Part shown: positions 61,538 through 64,000 of the stretch, in pieces
Numbering within the stretch: the first letter of the stretch is position 1
Layout of the letters: each line of letters opens with the position of its first letter
NCBI GenBank assembly: GCA_003707115.1
Contig: PPNB01000003.1
Span: 434,001-498,000, forward strand
DNA length: 64,000 nucleotides
Origin: Tortispora ganteri
Taxonomy: Eukaryota
Direction of reading: 5' to 3'
The notes under the pieces: model-generated
What the model was told of the DNA's origin: nothing
The model's database searches: none
What the model saw: only the letters and a program-made list of their open reading frames with translations
Translations under genes and position numbers: made by a program

Positions 61538-61680
61538 TTGATTCTTTGAGCGACAAGGCTGAACAAAATACAGGAACCTAAGAACCCTAAAAGATTAAAA
61601 AATGCAAATCTAGAGTATTTTCTTTCTTCTTCGTCTGTTCTAAAAGAAGCAAATATTCTTCTTAGATTTGGAAAATTCAT
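61525..61680 (-). CDS. MCO6: 51-aa mitochondrial outer-membrane microprotein (Mco6/YJL127C-B-like)
   Basis: MNFPNLRRIFASFRTDEEERKYSRFAFFNLLGFLGSCILFSLVAQ closely resembles recalled S. cerevisiae YJL127C-B (R.IF....T......SR.AFF..LG.LGSC...SL.AQ). ATG at 61680. Confidence 0.82.
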   Translation of the reverse strand: MNFPNLRRIFASFRTDEEERKYSRFAFFNLLGFLGSCILFSLVAQRIKWSR

Positions 61681-61819
61681 AAAAGGTGTGAAAATCAGAC
61701 TGGCCAGAAATGATACAGTACCAGGCTGCTCCACCGGTCGTCACCCTTGACCCAATATTCACCAGCTAAGCTCTACACCGACACCACCCACCAGTATTGC
61801 TACCAAATAGCAGCACGAA

Positions 61820-63952
61820 ATGTCTCTTGAACGTAGAATAAGAAATGCACTGCAACTGCCTAAAAAGGGAGAAGCCTACGAGCTTCAGGCAGGTTTAGTA
61901 TCACAATATGCATTTGAAAGAAAGGATGCTATTCAACGAGTAATAGCCCAAATGACTTTAGGTAAAGACGTATCAGGCCTTTTCCCTGATGTTTTGAAAA
62001 ATATTGCCACTCATGATATCGAACAGAAAAAGCTCGTTTATCTTTATTTGATTAATTACGCAAAATCTCATCCCGATTTATGTATTCTCGCTGTCAACAC
62101 GTTTGTTCAAGACTCTGAAAATGCAAACCCTCTGGTTCGCGCTTTAGCTATACGCACCATGGGCTGTATTCGGGTTGACAAAATCATCCCTTATCTTACC
62201 GAACCTCTTCGAAGAGGTCTCAAGGACGAAAGTCCTTACGTTCGCAAAACTGCAGCTATTGGAGTCTCGAAGTTATACGACCTTGACCCTCAAACTTGCA
62301 TCGAAGACGGTTTCTTATCTTCCCTGCAAGAACTGATTACTGATCCTAATGCGATGGTTATAGCCAATGCAGTTTCCGCGCTTGCTGAAATACAAGAAAC
62401 GGACCCTTCATCTGATGCTCTTGTGATAAATTCTGAAACAATATCGACTCTTCTCACTGCATTGAATGAGTGCTCTGAATGGGGCCGAATATCTCTACTT
62501 AGCTCACTTGCGCATTATAAAGCATCTTCTGTCGCTGAAGCTGAACATATATGTGAAAGAATTATACCCCAGTTTCAGCATGCTAATACTAGTGTGGTAT
62601 TGTCTGCTATTCGTGCCATTCTCGCCCACATTGATTCGGTTAACCAGGAACTCCAAGCTAGTCTTGTTCTTAAGATGGCTCCATCATTGGTCTCGTTTGC
62701 TTCAACCCCCCCTGAAGTCCAATATGTTGCTTTCAGGTCTATAAACCTTATCCTTCAAAAGTATCCTACTTTACTGTCAAAGCACCTTCCAGTTTTCTTT
62801 TGCAAATACAACGATCCTCCATACCTCAAAGTGGAAAAGTTAGGCCTTCTGGTGCAGATTGTTGATTTTGATAATTATGAGGCTTTGCTACAGGAGTTGA
62901 AAGAATACGCTGTAGAAGTTGACATCGACTTTGTGCGACGTGCCATTCAAGCTATAGCTCAAATGGCTATTAAAATAGATACTGCTACTACCAAATGTAT
63001 AGAAGCATTACTTGACATAGCTTCAGTGGGCCAAGACTACGCCGTTGAGGAAGTTGTTTCCGTTATGAAAGATATAGTTCGTCGATACCCTTCAAATGAG
63101 ACTACAGTGAGATACTTAGCGAAGTTTTTCCCGCGCTTGGAAGCACCAGAACCGCGATTATCCATTGCTTTTATTTCCGGGGAGTTCTGCGATACTAACC
63201 CTGAATGTTTATCTATAATTGCTTCCATGATCGAATCATTTGATCAAGAATCGCCAGTGGTTCAAATGCACGTATTGACTGCAGCAGTTAAGGCAAAGCT
63301 TAAAGGTGCAGATAATGGTAATCAGCTGAATTTAGATGGTCTATTCCGAAAGATAGAGAAAGGCAGTCATAATCCTGACTTACGCGACAGGGCGTTTATG
63401 TATTCGAGGATTATCTCTGCCGGCACTGAAACAGCAAAGCAAATAATTGCCTCTGATCGTCTACATATCGATACTATAACACCCGACTTGCCTGTTCGCC
63501 TGAGAAACGAGTTTCTTCGCGATCTGGCTTGCTTATCAGCAGTTTACCAGAAGCCGGTGTTTTCATTCCTGGAAACTGGAAAAGTTGGTGTGGATAAAGT
63601 ATTTCTCCGAGCTCAACAAGAGCAAAAAGAACTTGCCGTTGAATCTAGCGATAATGGAAATGTTGGAAATCTTCTAGATATCGACTTTACAGAGCCTATG
63701 CCAGCGGCCGAGGCGACCGGACCTAAAGGTTCTGCATTTGACGATCTTTTAAGCTTGGGATCACTCTCCACGGCACTTCCAACTGTGAATGGTAAAGCGT
63801 TAGATACACTGAAGTCTTCATCTTCTCCTTTAGAAAGTGGCCCTACAATTAGCGGTGCGCAATCTAATCCTTTTGGAAGCGATTTGTTTGGCCTAAGTAC
63901 ACAAGAGCCTGAGACGAAGGAAACTAGCCAGGATTTAGTGGATCTCCTTTAA
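61820..63952 (+). CDS. APL2: AP-1 adaptor complex beta subunit
   Basis: KKGE..EL.AGLVSQYA.ERKDAIQ...MTLGKDVS.LFPDVLKNIATHD, NPLVRALAIRTM and a clathrin box (LLDID) in the hinge. Confidence 0.94.
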   Translation: MSLERRIRNALQLPKKGEAYELQAGLVSQYAFERKDAIQRVIAQMTLGKDVSGLFPDVLKNIATHDIEQKKLVYLYLINYAKSHPDLCILAVNTFVQDSENANPLVRALAIRTMGCIRVDKIIPYLTEPLRRGLKDESPYVRKTAAIGVSKLYDLDPQTCIEDGFLSSLQELITDPNAMVIANAVSALAEIQETDPSSDALVINSETISTLLTALNECSEWGRISLLSSLAHYKASSVAEAEHICERIIPQFQHANTSVVLSAIRAILAHIDSVNQELQASLVLKMAPSLVSFASTPPEVQYVAFRSINLILQKYPTLLSKHLPVFFCKYNDPPYLKVEKLGLLVQIVDFDNYEALLQELKEYAVEVDIDFVRRAIQAIAQMAIKIDTATTKCIEALLDIASVGQDYAVEEVVSVMKDIVRRYPSNETTVRYLAKFFPRLEAPEPRLSIAFISGEFCDTNPECLSIIASMIESFDQESPVVQMHVLTAAVKAKLKGADNGNQLNLDGLFRKIEKGSHNPDLRDRAFMYSRIISAGTETAKQIIASDRLHIDTITPDLPVRLRNEFLRDLACLSAVYQKPVFSFLETGKVGVDKVFLRAQQEQKELAVESSDNGNVGNLLDIDFTEPMPAAEATGPKGSAFDDLLSLGSLSTALPTVNGKALDTLKSSSSPLESGPTISGAQSNPFGSDLFGLSTQEPETKETSQDLVDLL

Positions 63953-64000
63953 ACATGACAAGTCACTGCATAAGATATTTTTTTGTAAAAAAAAATCCCC

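Overview
Gene-dense segment of an ascomycete yeast chromosome. It most likely comes from an early-diverging, intron-poor Saccharomycotina lineage (inference). Supporting signs are the standard code (CTG at conserved Leu positions), the complex I subunit NUXM and spliceosomal introns with short branch-to-acceptor spacing. About 30 protein genes are recognisable: UBR1 (5'-truncated), TYS1, a Dia2-like F-box protein, CYR1, ISN1 (4 exons), MED17/SRB4, NUXM, CSM3, SKI2, NMD5-like importin, NCB2, ARP6, POT1, ETP1, a Crypton/Ndc10-like gene, RAM1, CDC24, MSH3, a TBC Rab-GAP, a Zn2Cys6 factor, PXA2, BET2, GCD6, MSS4, histone H1 (2 exons), a cystinosin-like protein, CMR1, NIF3, MCO6 and APL2. No tRNA, rRNA, LTR element or CRISPR array was seen. 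Most notable observations: (1) an intact 800-aa CryptonF-type tyrosine-recombinase + GCR1_C gene that keeps K, HxxR, W and the Tyr nucleophile but has Lys at the first catalytic Arg, a candidate domestication intermediate; (2) the microprotein gene MCO6 overlapping the NIF3 start on the same strand, a candidate bicistron; (3) an exact 11-bp duplication that frameshifts the end of MED17; (4) spliced gene structures missed by the ORF track, plus several interpretable cis-regulatory clusters. All gene calls are from recognised motifs and were not checked by database search.
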